Notes: generated by a model not told the origin, from the sequence alone. A stretch of DNA of 63,951 nt, filler included, from Sphacelaria rigidula (GCA_964200075.2; 7 parts of 7 records of this genome joined end to end with filler, not necessarily neighbours in it); one strand, 5' to 3'; numbered from the whole stretch's first letter, positions 12,136 through 24,816 are shown. Program-made: numbers and translations.

Positions 12136-13700
12136 GACTAAAGTCTAAGTACTCTCAGCAACACTTGAGTATAGCCCCGGAAAAGTCGTAGAAGTCTGAA
12201 AAAAAGGCCCCGTTAATCACAACCCCAAGAAAGACTACTTCGTAAGCAACATTTTGCATTAGTTGTACACAGTTCCTTCACATTGTAGTTGTAGTGAGGA
12301 CACAGTACATACAACCTCGTGTATCAACACGTATCGATCCCCAATAGGTTTCTCAATGCTGTGTCTGCGTTCGACACAATCTCATTTCACGCTGTGTAGG
12401 TGTACGTGTCTATTGATCAAACAGGACGCTTGTTCTCACTTCATTCATATAGCTTCACGATTCTCACTCCTAGCTCTCACTTGTATTCACCAAGTGGCAA
12501 GCAGCGATTGATGCGGAAGGATGCCCCAGCTGGGTAGAGTGAGTAAGGTAGGCGAGGACACGTAGTCCTATACCGAACCTCCATCTACAGCCGAGACGTT
12601 GCCGCTTCTCGGAGCTGGGGAACCTAAATCTGATCTGCCGACTCATCTATCCGAGAGATTCTCGGTGACTGTACTTCTACGTACAGATCCTTGATCTGCA
12701 CAAACCACGTAATCTACGGGTCTTGGAAGGAGATGCTGTAACCGCCTCTCCACCTCATGACATGGTACGGGTATAGCAGAGAGGCCCACTATTTCTAATG
12801 CGCCATCCGCATCACTATCAATAGGTATACTAAACGTCGTCATGAATCGCGAGTGAACCATATTTTCGGCTGCTTCGCGCGCCTGCGCTGGATCGTAGGA
12901 GGCGCCAATTTTTTTCTCCACCAACCGGCCCTCCGGTGCATTCCTGCAAGGGGGACCTGATACGCTTTTTGTTTGTTCCACGCCCGCGACCACCCCCTCT
13001 CCTCTCTCTACTTCACTTTTGGCTCTACTTCACGACGTCTTCCTCTTCCTCGTCCTCCTCTTTTTGACTACTGTGAGTATCTGTTTGCCCTTTGCTCGCC
13101 CGGTGATCGTTGTCCTCGCTCGTATCCTCAGTGCTCTTTGCATTGTTTTCTTTCACGTCCCCAGCCCACGTCTCAGGTTGCCGTCTCACGTTCCGTGGGT
13201 TTTCCATCAGTTGTTTCCCTGCCGTGTTGTCGTGTCCCACTTTGCGCGTTCTGCGCCTGCCTCCTCCCGGGTTCCGCTTCGAAGACGTTCTGAAGGACGC
13301 GCACGAAGTCATTTCCCTCCTTTCGCACCGCGTACTTCTAGGCAAACAAATAGCCTGTACCGTGTGTCATCGTTTACGAGGAGGGTAGATCTCTTCCCAA
13401 TTCCATACTGCTAGACATACTGAGCCTGTTCGCACAACTTACACAGATGGGCAAATGGGTGGACAGACTTAGTTTCTTCGACGGCATTGCCGCAGAAACG
13501 CAGGGATATACCTCTTCAGCTCGCGTGTCCACCCTTGGTTCTTGGCGACAGTGACACGGCACCTGTTCGACTCCATTCGCCGTGACGGGGGCCTTGACCG
13601 GAAAGGATTAAAGTTTACTGCCCTGACCAGCCGCAGGATCCGCAAATATGCTATGTTGTTTCTGCAGCGCTTAGCGCGGAAGGGTATGAACAAAAACGTG

Positions 13701-13720
13701 AGGGGTTAGGGTTAGGGTTA
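13701..13720 (+). repeat. Short interstitial telomere-like (TTAGGG) tract
   Basis: aggggttagggttagggtta. Confidence 0.6.
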
Positions 13721-15868
13721 TGGCGCATTTCCTCTTTCACCGGAGAAAGTCGTTAGCACCCCCGTTCGCTGCGGAGAAGGTCGAGGATTTGAGTTGGCGA
13801 AGTCTTCGTTAATGGGAAACGGGTTCAGCTGCCGAGCCGGGTATTGCGACTGAGCGGGGATTGCGGTTCAACCGCTTTGACCATCGACGACAACAACAAG
13901 AGTGTCCTGCAGACCCTCGAGCCCGTCCCGTGTAAACTGGTCGTGAAGACATGGCCATGCAGAGATTTTGCTCTCCTGCAAGCTTGGTGCGGGCTTTATG
14001 AGTTTCACAATGCAGACCTTCGCGTTTCGTCCAATTGCATTCCCACTCTCCCCCTCTCTCTCTGCTTCCGACGATAACCGTCTTAACCTCAGCGACCCGC
14101 GTGAGGGTGTCGCGCATCTATGCTCTGACCGTGAATGCCTCCGCGCCGGCCCTCTTCAAAAAGAGTGGGAAAGGCGATTTTTTTGTGAAAAGTTGATTTT
14201 GCTTTTCGCCAACCCATGAAATATCTAGCCTCGATGCTTTGAATGTAGCATGCCCTTGCGACTCTCCATACCCAAACTTCAAAGTACAACTCTCAAAAAC
14301 AAGCTCGGAGAACACACTTTGCTGTTGGGTGTCGAGATTGAAACCCACGAAATTACTCCAACTGCTGCACAAGAGTGTTGGTGTAACGGTTTGACCACCG
14401 GGACCCGGCTGTGTACACGTCTCCTTTACCTCCCAGCAGCACCGCCAACCGATGTTGCCGAGATAATTTTGTTCGAAAAACATCTACTCCCGAGTTGGCG
14501 CTCTCGAAATAAGCCCTTGACCGTGGACTCGTTGCCTATAGTAGCTGACGTCGACATCTCAGCAGGCCCTTGCGATCGGTATCGAACGTGGCCGAGGGCG
14601 TGTCTCAGAAAAATGTTTGCGTAGCGAAAATATGTGGCGATCGACAGAAACTTGACCTGATAGGTTCACGCCATTCCTATTCTAGGTAGGGCTCTTTATT
14701 TTTGTTCTCCGTGATCTTTCATTTCCTACCGGAAATATTCGAAGCAGGAGATAGAGCGAGAGGATCCGGGGCATTCATCAGAAAGCAAATGTGCTTGTAC
14801 TTTCGTCGTGATGTGTGGCCGTTGGAAACATGAGCTCGATTCCAACGAGTGTATCAGCAGCTGCAAGCACTCGCGCTTGGTCTGTGACACCTCAAAACGT
14901 GTAGCTGCAATCCATCTCAGAGCGAGGTAGGTTGTTTTAATGGAGTTGATGCGATTTGGGTCGAGCGGCAGTAACTGCACGAAAGTTTAGTGCCACTTCT
15001 TTTGAAAACAGCCTGCTTTTAGCTGCTAGGGGCGTCGAGAACACAGAACGTCTTATTCAGCTTGTAGCTTACATGACACAAAGCCAATCACATCGTCCGT
15101 CGGTCTACTCAGATTTTTGTCCCGGGCTATCGACTGTTGCATAGCACGCAGAGTAAATCACTTGACCAACGCATTGACGACTTTCAAATGAGTGGTGCTA
15201 TTTACGCCTTAATGGGCTGTGGCACGCGGGGTCTCGCTGGGCCCAAATCGGGTGCAATGAATGATAATACCGAAAGAACGTTTCGCCGCAGTTTTCCGCG
15301 GTTGAATACAATTTGATAAGGCACGCTCTGAATAGCCGTATTTGTTCCCACAATTATCTATGTCGAACAAACGAGTCATGCACTCTGCAAAACGGGATAC
15401 TTCGACCCTTGTAGTCTTCCTGGTTACTCTGGTGTCATCAGATCTTGTCTGAATCATGTTTTTGTCTCCATCATGCGGTACATTTTCCCATTAGACGTCG
15501 TTTCCTGCGCGATCTGAGCTATCCCGTACCGCACCGTATCATATCACACTGCGCTCTATTGCACTGACGCCGTCAGGCATTTGTTACCTTGTCCTCTTGC
15601 CCACCCGCCGTCGCTCGCTGGAATGTTTCTACATGGGGCACATCTGTCTGAAGGCAGGCGCGATAAAATTCATGTTGCAGGTCGCCGTGTTGGTTTTCGC
15701 GTGCGGTTCGGCAGTTCGCGTGGAAGCCGAGTATGGCGTCAGCCCACCGGGTGCAAGCAGACTAAGTGCATCGCTCGAGTCTGTGATGTCGCCTTACTCG
15801 GCTGAGGCCAAACAGTAGGTAGCTTAACCGGCGTGCACCGCACGATCAATGACATATGTGCGGTACAA

Positions 15869-17198
15869 AGAGAGGTCAGACCGGGCATGGAGGGCGGGTG
15901 GGGTCGAGGGCGAGCGCATCAAGTCTCCAAGCATACAGCTCAACCGTGCAGTGTCCTGCAGGTCGAGGGTGATGAGTGTGTGGACACACTCGATGCTAAT
16001 TTTGTGCGGGAGCCGTTCTTCAAGGGACTGTTGTATTTTTCGAGAGTGTGCTGGCTTGTTCTGCCACGCCCCATGCTGGTGAGATGCGTTGCACACAGAG
16101 TAAGACACTAGCCTTGTCTCCGTTTGCCCTGACTTACTCTTGCTCCCGGGCGGGCTTTCCGTGTTGTCCTTTGCAGAGGGTGCAAGGGCGAGGGGTACCT
16201 CGGGAAATTGCCGCTTGGATCCTCCTACCCCACCGACACCAACCGATCTGATATCGGAGGAGAGGGCCAGCCTTCAAGGTGACCAGGGTCGAAGCCGGTG
16301 ACTGGGTAGGCGGCGGGGAAGAAATAGTCCTTTGCAGAGGGTGCAAGGGCGGGGGGTACCTCGGGAAATTACTGTTTGGGTCCTCCTGCCCCACCGATAC
16401 CAACCAATCTGATGTCGGAGGAGAGGGCCAGGCGTCCAAGGTGACCAGGGTCGAAGTTGGTCACTGGGTAGGCGGCGGGGGTAAACGTTATTGTCCAACT
16501 TTTACCCCCACCGCCTACCCAGTCTCTGTCTTCGACCCTGGTCACCTTGGACGCCTGGCCCTCTCCTCCGACATCAGATTGGTTGGTATCGGTGGGGCAG
16601 GAGAATCCGAACGGCAATCTCCCGAGATCCCCCGATACCAATCAATATGATATCGGAGGAGAGGACCAGGTGTCCAAGGTGATCAGGGTCGAAGCCGGTG
16701 ACTGGGTAGGCGGCGGGGGAGAATTCTCCCCCGCCGCCTACCCAGTCACCGGCTCCACCCTAGGTCACCTTGAAGGCTGGCCCTCTCGTCCGATATCATA
16801 TTGGTTGATATCGGTGGGGTAGGAGGATCCAAGCGGCAATTTCCCGAGGTACCCCTCGCCCTTGCACCCTCTGCAAAGGACAACACGGACAGCCCGCCCG
16901 GGAGCAACAGTGAGTAAGTCAGGGCAAACGGAGACAAGGCTAGTGTCTTGGTCTGTGCGCAACGCATCACACCAGAATGGAGCACGACAGAACAAGCCAG
17001 CACACTCTCGGAAAATACAACAGTCCCTTGAAGAACGGCTCCCGCACAAAATCAGCATCAAGTGTATCGACCCATTCATCGCCCTCAACCTGCAGGACAC
17101 TGCATGGGTGAGCTGTATGCTTGGGGACTTGGTGCGCTCGCCCTCGACTCCACCGTCCCTTGACTCCACCCGCCCTCCATGCCCGGTTTTTCCTCTCT
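15869..17198. repeat. Nested inverted-repeat (foldback) structure
   Basis: Outer arms 15869-16318 and 16727-17198; five copies of a 90-155 bp module in +,+,-,+,- order; perfect 62-bp palindrome 16693-16754. Confidence 0.92.
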
Positions 17199-17315
17199 GT
17201 GCGTGGTATCACCTCCAGAACGTTCACGAGGGAGCGGATGATTCCCTCTCCCCTTCTCGACAAGGCATTTTCTAAGCACCAACTGCTCGGTCAAGTGGAC
17301 GATGCTTTGATTAGC

Positions 17316-17686
17316 GGCCGACAGTTTGCCCTTGAAGGCGTCCTGGTTGCGAGTGGCTGTGCGCGATTGTTTGCGGGCGTGCCGCAACTACCTCCGCTCG
17401 TCATTCAAGGCAACCTCTACCCCGGCGAGCGGTGCGCCTGCGGCATCTACATCAACCGCTAAGGGCGACTGTGTGGCACAAGCTCGAGCTGCAACGATGC
17501 CGTGAGTCGGCGCAGAAAGTCAGGGAAGCGGCAAACGTGGTTTCGGTTGATGCAGATGCCGTAGGCGCACCGCTCGCCGGGGTAGAGGTAATCTTGAAGG
17601 GCGAGCGGAGGTAGTTGCGGCGCGCCCGCAAGTGGTTGCGGGCAGCCATTGGCAACCAGGACGCCTTCAAGGGCAAATTATCGACC
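17316..17686. repeat. Inverted repeat, ~143-bp arms, 85-nt loop
   Basis: 17316-17458 pairs with 17544-17686 (tttgcccttgaaggcgtcctggttgc / gcaaccaggacgccttcaagggcaaa). Confidence 0.92.
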
Positions 17687-18202
17687 TCCGCTACGAATAC
17701 CTGGCTTTGGAGAAGAAATACCTCCAGCTTTAAGACCAGTGGGAAGTGGGTGGGTTTCTGCTGCACTACGTGTCGCTACATACGTTGAAAGCGTTTAGCC
17801 TTGTACGCGAGATGTGGGGGCACACCCGCGATTTTTGGGCAAGCGGCGTTGTTTTGTACGCTAGTGAGCACCTCCACTATCTTGATGACTTGGGTTCCTT
17901 TTTTTAGCCGGCGACAAGTCCAAACTTGGCGGTGTCAAAAACTCTGACGCCTCTTCGGTTTAACTTGCCTTGAGGTTCTTCGTCCCTTCCCCGCCTCTCG
18001 TGCTTTTGATATGGAGGCGTTTTAGGGTTGCACGGTTTTTCAGTTCTCGATTGTTTGTAGAGGACACCTGGAGCGTGTTAAAGGATTCACTGAGAACCCC
18101 TTTGCCGTGGTCGCTAGAGTTGGCGCAATGGCAGTCAAGCCAAGCAAGCAGACAGGCTGCTTCGGAGTGTAGACAAAGGATAGTATTCAAGGTGCCGCTT
18201 TT

Positions 18203-18302
18203 NNNNNNNNNNNNNNNNNNNNNNNNNNNNNNNNNNNNNNNNNNNNTTAATTAATTAANNNNNNNNNNNNNNNNNNNNNNNNNNNNNNNNNNNNNNNNNN
18301 NN
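18203..18302. other. Artificial scaffold spacer
   Basis: Same 100-nt linker. Confidence 0.98.
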
Positions 18303-18625
18303 GGTAACCTAGAAACCTACTGACGGTTGGGTCGTGGGTTCAATTCTCGGAGCGATCTGGGATTTTTTCTCACACCATCCCCACCAGTGGAGAGCGACTA
18401 TGTCGTGGGTACACAAAAGTCAACTCAACGCTCGAAGAGGGAAAGGGATTGCTGAACCCCTCTCGCGAAAAAAATAAAGGCAAGCACCGCGGAAGGAAGG
18501 TGGGGTACTAAAAAAAAATTAAAAAAAGCTCCTGCGTTGACCTTCCTCCTGTGTGACCCCGGCTGATGCGCCCACATATACCGAAAGGTGTAGACCAGCG
18601 TCCAGAATAGATGGGACGACAACAC
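18303..18625 (+). mobile_element. tRNA-Arg SINE, near full length
   Basis: B box, body and gacaacac tail; matches 50305-50668. Confidence 0.85.
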
Positions 18626-20043
18626 TTGAAAAATGAACCATCAGTACGACCATTAGCACTGCACCTGCGGCAGTGTGTGTAGCGTCCGCAAAAGGACTTC
18701 TCGGGTTCTCTTGGACCCGACCGGACGGATCCCTTGTTTCTGACTGGCTAGCTTGATTTGTCCATCAGAAAGAACCAGGACACTTTTGGGGGGGAAATTC
18801 CTGCATGTTTTGTGAACGATTCGCATATCTAACTGTAGTTTCGTTCTTTACCCTACCTCCACATCGATTGTTGCGCTCGGTTTGTAACCATTTTCATATA
18901 TTTTTCAAGTCTTCGCATCATGATGTGCTTAACAAGGGAATGGAATGAGAGAGCTGCATGTATCCCATGCTAACTGTACTCTGCTGTGTATCGCCTGACA
19001 TACATCGTCACGGAACAATGAACACGAGTGACTCCATACTTGAGGAGGGTCTCAGGCTTGGGGCCTTCATTATCGACACAATTTTTTCGGAGATCACTTA
19101 GAGTAGGCGTTTTCGCACCTGGCGCTCGGCGCTTGGCGTTCTCCGAAAATGAAGCGGCTAGATTTTTTTGCCAAGCCTTCACGTTGGACGAACGCCGAAT
19201 ATTTCGGACCGCAGCGCATTACTCCGCAGAGCTGCCCTTGGCGCACGCCGTGGCGCTCGTGAGCATGCGAGAATAATCAGGAACCTTGCTGGTGACACCC
19301 TGGGCCATGTCGTAGGGTAAAAAGCATCGCGGGCTGGCGGCATCTATTTCCTAAGACGGTGTGTGCCCCGGCAGCGGTGTTGGAGCTGCTGGGGTCAAGC
19401 ACGGTGGTCGCTCTGTGCAGACATACGCACTTTCGAAGTGAAGAGCAGAAACAATCCAGTAACTACCCACTTGCCTGCAATGCTGATACGAGTGTACGCT
19501 ACCGCACCGTCTGAAAAGTGTATAGCTGGTCGTTCAATTCGGTGTATCTGCGCATACAGCTGACAGAAAGCAAGCATGCTGCAATCTATGCACGGGGCTT
19601 TTGACAATGGGTATTTTCGCTTATGTGTACTGCTGCAGCATGCCGAGAGAGCCGGTCGATCACGCCCTAGCCTGTCCGACTGCCTCCCCGTATCACAGAG
19701 AGGTTGTGAAAAAGATGTTCACCACAGTTATGAACGCCATACACAGGCAGGTAGCATAGCCCTGTCCATTATTTTGCCGGCGAAGGCAAGCAAACGACGG
19801 GATCAGCATCATCTGTAGTGAAATATCCAAAAGCAACAGAAGGCCTAGATAATAATGAGCCTTAGGCGATTGCGGAAATTTCAGACCTTCTACCATTTTC
19901 TTCATTTGTCGATAATAACAGCCCTTAGCGGAAGAGCAAAGTACCATTCGGCAGTCGCGTGTCTGTAATCTCGTGGCATAGAGCTTACCCAGGTTCGACC
20001 CGAGCATCCTGTTCTTGAATACATTACCGGTTTTAGTGTACAT

Positions 20044-20181
20044 CACACCCTGGACAATAGAATACACTATCCAAAAAATGTACTGTGTACAGTATCGACT
20101 ATTGTACCTATTGCAGCAGACAATAGATTCCATACTGTACGCAGTATATTTTTTACAATAGAATATATTGTCCAGGGTGTG
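20044..20181. mobile_element. ~138-bp MITE with CACACCCTGGACA TIRs; copies at 37189-37329, 40170-40308, 40672-40808
   Basis: Terminal inverted repeats and a conserved interior (gtatcgactattg..cctattgcag.agacaatagat) in four places. Confidence 0.85.
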
Positions 20182-21420
20182 GTGTACACCATTTTTGTTT
20201 TCTCGTGTAGCGAACCATGTGCATGGGATCAGAGCTGTCAGAGATAGGGCTGAGGCTTCACAAAAACGAAGCGTGTTCACTATCGGATTTTGGCGTCGAA
20301 GCTACGTATGCCCACCTCGAGCGCCTCGATGTACCCAGAAAAGTTTGCGCGACTTCGTCTTCATATCACAAGAGTTGGAGCATGGTTTGAACCTTTGGAC
20401 TGTGAACCCCCCTCAGATGGTCTCAGATGGACTTGGCCACCTTTGGGGTTCTGAACAGCTGTTTTCTTGCTACAAAAAACGCTCTGTTCGTCAATATGTG
20501 GATTTGGGGCATCTACATGGAAAATAGTCCCGGAAAACCCCTAACCGGTTATTGACCCTGCAGTCAATTGCATGCAGATTCAGCATGTGTGCTGTATGTT
20601 GTCGCTGGATACAACGGCAAGAAACTGTCAGCGTGCCATCGGTTTCCACTGAACACAGTCTTTTGCATGCTGCTGGTATATCTGCTTAGTGTTCCACAAC
20701 AACAGTGTAGACAGTGTGAAGCTAAGCTGGCAACACATGAGCGGTCAGGCAGGCGGCAAAGACCACGAGCAGAGTAAACAGCACGCTATTTGTGGCCATG
20801 ATATTTATGGTTGAATTGTCATGACTAAAATGCGAAATACGGCTAGACAGCGACGTAGCCCATCTGTAGGGAGACGAGATGACCATCTTGATGCTGTGAT
20901 TCGTCAGAATGGTCACTCCGCTCCTCTCCGGCCTCGTGCCTGTCTTACTTGATCTTCCGTGGGAAACTTCTTAACACACATGGGTGACTTCGTGAGCTTA
21001 AAACAGCCCCACACTCCCCTGTCGAAGACTACCCCTCCGTCCCCCGGAAGCAAGCAGATGTCCGTGGACTGTCAGCCTGTGAAGCTGTTCCGAGCCGTCC
21101 ACGGGTTCAAGGAACACAGGATTCGGATCCACGAAGGGCTGGCGGTCCGAGTGCTCCCATGCACGCGTTCTTGCCTATTCGAGATATGCCAACGCACACT
21201 TTTGCCTAGGGCGCCATTTGTAAATATCTAAACCAAGATTCCCTTGTATGCCGTGGGCTAGGGCTAGGGTGAAAGCAAAAGTCAAATCTGGAACGCATCA
21301 ACCATGATGATATGACGAAAAACTCGTGTAAACCCACCTCGAGGCGTCCGCAATGTCAACCATGATGTTGGGGATAAAAACACGCGAAGACCGACGTGGG
21401 ACGAGAGAGTAACGACTCAC

Positions 21421-21837
21421 ATCGATTCTCATCCACTGCAACTGAAGAAGCTCTTCTTCACCAGGTACCGACTCGTACATGCGACACGGATACGGCAGTT
21501 CTCGCTCTTCGCTTCCTTCCCCTCCCTTGCCGCCGTCAGCAACCCTCGCAGTGGTGAACCCTTGTTGTTGCTGCTGCTGTTGTTGCTGCTGTTGCCGTAC
21601 CTTACACTCTTTTATGATCGCCCTCACCGCCTCCGGCAGCTTCGGAGAGACGCTAGAGTCAGAAGAGCAAGATGATGAACCTGATGACGACCTTGACCTT
21701 GAACCTCGTACCACTGCGGAGGAATCTCGAGAAGCTTCGAATTTTGACCACGTTCTGATGTTGCTATTGCTGTCATGGCTCTTGTCCGCAGGGGTTCTGC
21801 CAGGAGTAGGTGCAGTATTGGCACCACGGTTGCTCAT
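21421..21837 (-). CDS. Probable first exon of an unknown gene (Ser-rich, poly-Gln), divergent from RlmH
   Basis: ATG at 21837; open to a gtgagt donor at 21420, within a 274-aa ORF; downstream exons unresolved. Confidence 0.5.
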
Positions 21838-22287
21838 GTTCGGGTGAGAGTCTGAGATTGAAGCGGGGAAATAACTATTCCGAAATTCAAATGAAAGTCT
21901 CTGTATGTCGAACGTGAATGTCTGCTGTCGTGCAGCTGTCGCAACGAGACACAAACGCATGTACAAGCTCAGATTCAAGATAAATACCGGCGAACCGCTC
22001 TCAGTCTCTCCTAACCTGATCTTGGTCCCTACAGAGCCCGAGCTCGTCCCCAATATTGACAGAGAGCGAAATTGGATGCAGAGTACTGCGGGTTTGGGGA
22101 AGAGAGCATACCCCATGTACACTTGACCGGTACCCTCGTCTGATTTTCAACCCCCCCCCCCCCCCGCGGCCCCACTCCCCACTTCTCGATCAGGTGAAGT
22201 TATCGCTTAGCGCATTACCCTCTACAATCCAGGACACTGCACTGCAGACGACCACCACTGTTGTACTGCACTGTACTGTCGCATAGC

Positions 22288-23890
22288 ATGGCACAACATA
22301 CGGCACTAGCATGTGTGGCGATTGCTTTCATATCGGCATTAATAATAACGCAATGCGACGGTTTCGTCTCCTCTTCGTTCGCGAGTTTCTCGAAGGAGCG
22401 ATTGTCGACCGCACAATCGAACACGCTAGCTTGTTTTCGGTTTGGGCGCATAACGCCCTGCCGCACCAGAAAGGATCGGATATCAGGGCGTTCGTGCGCT
22501 GACGGTGTAAGATCATTGAGCTGTGGACTACAAGTAACAGTTCGCATTAGAGGGAAGAAGAGTCGCGAAGAGGACTACACGAACCAGGTAAATGAAGAGG
22601 TGTACCTCGGCTCGACTAAAATTTGCTCGCTTGGACCCAACAAGAGAGGCGTGTCGAAGGCTTCGTAGCACAGCTGTCAAGATTTCCACAGGTAGTCGGA
22701 TAGTTCGTAGTTACTCCTGCGAGGACGGCTGTTTGTCGACCTAAATATTGTAAGCGAACGGCTTGTGCCCCCCAGACATGTACATAGCACGCTGTGTGCT
22801 GCCAATGTGAGCAACTCGAGGTCGCGCCACATGACGCTGTGCTGTTTCGTGTGCGCGCACGAAGTAGCGAGGGGGTACTGGAAAGTACTTCGAAGCACTG
22901 CTCAGTGGAAACATGAAGTTTGTACCCGGGAAATTGAGATCCCTGGCGCGACTGGACAAGTGACGGACCATCCTTTACGCGTTAACATTAACGCAACCAG
23001 CACATTATATATTTTTTCCCTTTTGTGATGCAGGCGTATGATGAGTACGCGAAGCGATTGCGCCCGGTGCTGGCATTGGAAACTCAGTGGCACAAGACGG
23101 ACGAGGAGCTTGAAGCGGCCGTTCGTAAGGACCCCGGCGTTGTGGTGAGCACCAAGAGAGCGAAAGAGGGCGGTTTTGGGGTGTTCGGGGTTTGGGGGGG
23201 TTTTGAGCCGGAGAAGCTTTTGGTCATTCGCCGAGTCGTGAAACTAGAGCTATTTTTCACGCGCGTTGCGTTTCTATTGCAAGTTGTCGATCGAAGTACT
23301 TGGCTCGGCGTGGCTTTGTATTGGCCATGCGCCTCTCCGATAAGAACCATCTGCCGTTCGGTCGCCGTACTTTTTTTTTGCAAAGCTTCCTGCAAGTGAC
23401 CGAACCTTTTGGTGACCCCAAAGGCTTCGATCTGTTCTACTCGTACCCATTGCCAACACGCACCACTGCGTGAAGAAGAATGGATACATGTCGCCGTATT
23501 GCTCTGGTCACCAAAAAGAGTTGTAGTGAGTCCTGCACACATCAGACGTGTCCTCTTGTCGAGTTTTAATTCGATTCCATACCGTCCCACGCACCGATCA
23601 TTTGTTGCGACTAAAAGGTGTGTCTTGACGAAGGCGGGCGGCAGATGGACTCTCCCACCTTTTCCGACTTCCTCTTTACTAAATTGGAATCTGGTGGATC
23701 GCGGCTGACATTTGTCATCGGCGGAGCCGAAGGCCTGCCGCCAGGGCTCAAGAGCAACCCCCCGCAGGGAGGCGCGAAGCTCTCGCTCTCCAGCATGACG
23801 TTCACTCATCTCTGGGCTAGGGCGTTGTTAGCGGAGCAGATTTACAGAGCATCCGAGATTCGAAGGGGGTCCAAATACCACAAGCAATGA
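22288..23890 (+). CDS. rlmH: 23S rRNA (pseudouridine1915-N3)-methyltransferase RlmH, probably plastid-targeted; exons 22288-22587, 23034-23144, 23618-23890 (227 aa)
   Basis: In-frame GT-AG splicing; motifs YDEYAKRL, LDEGG..MDS..FS, FVIGGAEG, LSLSSMTFTH..AR.LLAEQIYRA..I..G..YHK; signal peptide followed by CDG-F. Confidence 0.93.
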
Positions 23891-24816
23891 ACACTTTGTC
23901 AGTGAAGGTTCGAGAAAGGAGCATGACGGCCATCATGTTCGATCTCAAATGGTCGACGTAGTCATCTTGGCTCAAGGTCACAAACGTGCGTACAACGTCG
24001 AAGTAGTCGGGCGACAGCAGCCACGGATCAAAATGCGCCCCACCACTGGTTCAGATCCAGGGCGTTCATTTTTCTCCGCTAACTTTCGAGAATGATGCCC
24101 TCGACTGGCTTCGTTTTCTCTCAATAACATGCGTGTTGTAGACTTTGACGAGATGTACAGCCGCGCGTGAGTTGGCGTGCTTTTTACCTGGGTTCGGCTC
24201 CTCGAGTAACCGAAAAAACGCGATACCGAGATCATGAAATGCGATGAGCGCCCGGCAACTGGACTTGCTACGCCATATGTTTCAACGCGCAACATGTTCG
24301 CTCAAGTCAATGCCAACGACTTTTCGTCGAAGGAAGCTTGAGAAGTATGAGGTCGTGGCAGGTTCATGTGGGAAATCATCTTCCTGTCCTCTATCGACAG
24401 GCACCCCGAACATCTTGGCAATACGAGTTGTCAACGATGGCGAACCCAAAATGCAATGTGCAAGGGGGGGCCAAAATCAAATGTATGCGATTGACTCGCG
24501 GCCGCCGCGCACGACGAGCGTCATGGTTCGTCCACAGAACTACGGGGCGGACATATTTTTGTAGTGCGCGAAGCCGGTGGCTTCCACTGTGCGGAATCCA
24601 AACAAGTTCATCTTTTCATTCTTACCTGTACTTCTGGTCACGCACCCAGTACGAACACTCGAATGGGCCATCGCTGTTCAGTAAGCTTAGCACATGAAAT
24701 GAAGTGCTGACGCCCCCCGGCCCATCACCACCACCGCACTCATCAAGGCGTATCTAGCGTTACATTATACACAAGTTTCGCTGACACGACGCGGTGTTGT
24801 CTACACGGTTGTCGAC

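Noticed and set aside
14150-14185. AFPTLF resembling the Helitron FPxLFP motif
   Set aside because: No HUH or helicase motifs nearby
16166-16880. CRISPR-like or REP-like reading of the repeated modules
   Set aside because: Units are 90-155 bp in mixed orientation, with no unique spacers or cas genes, in a eukaryotic context
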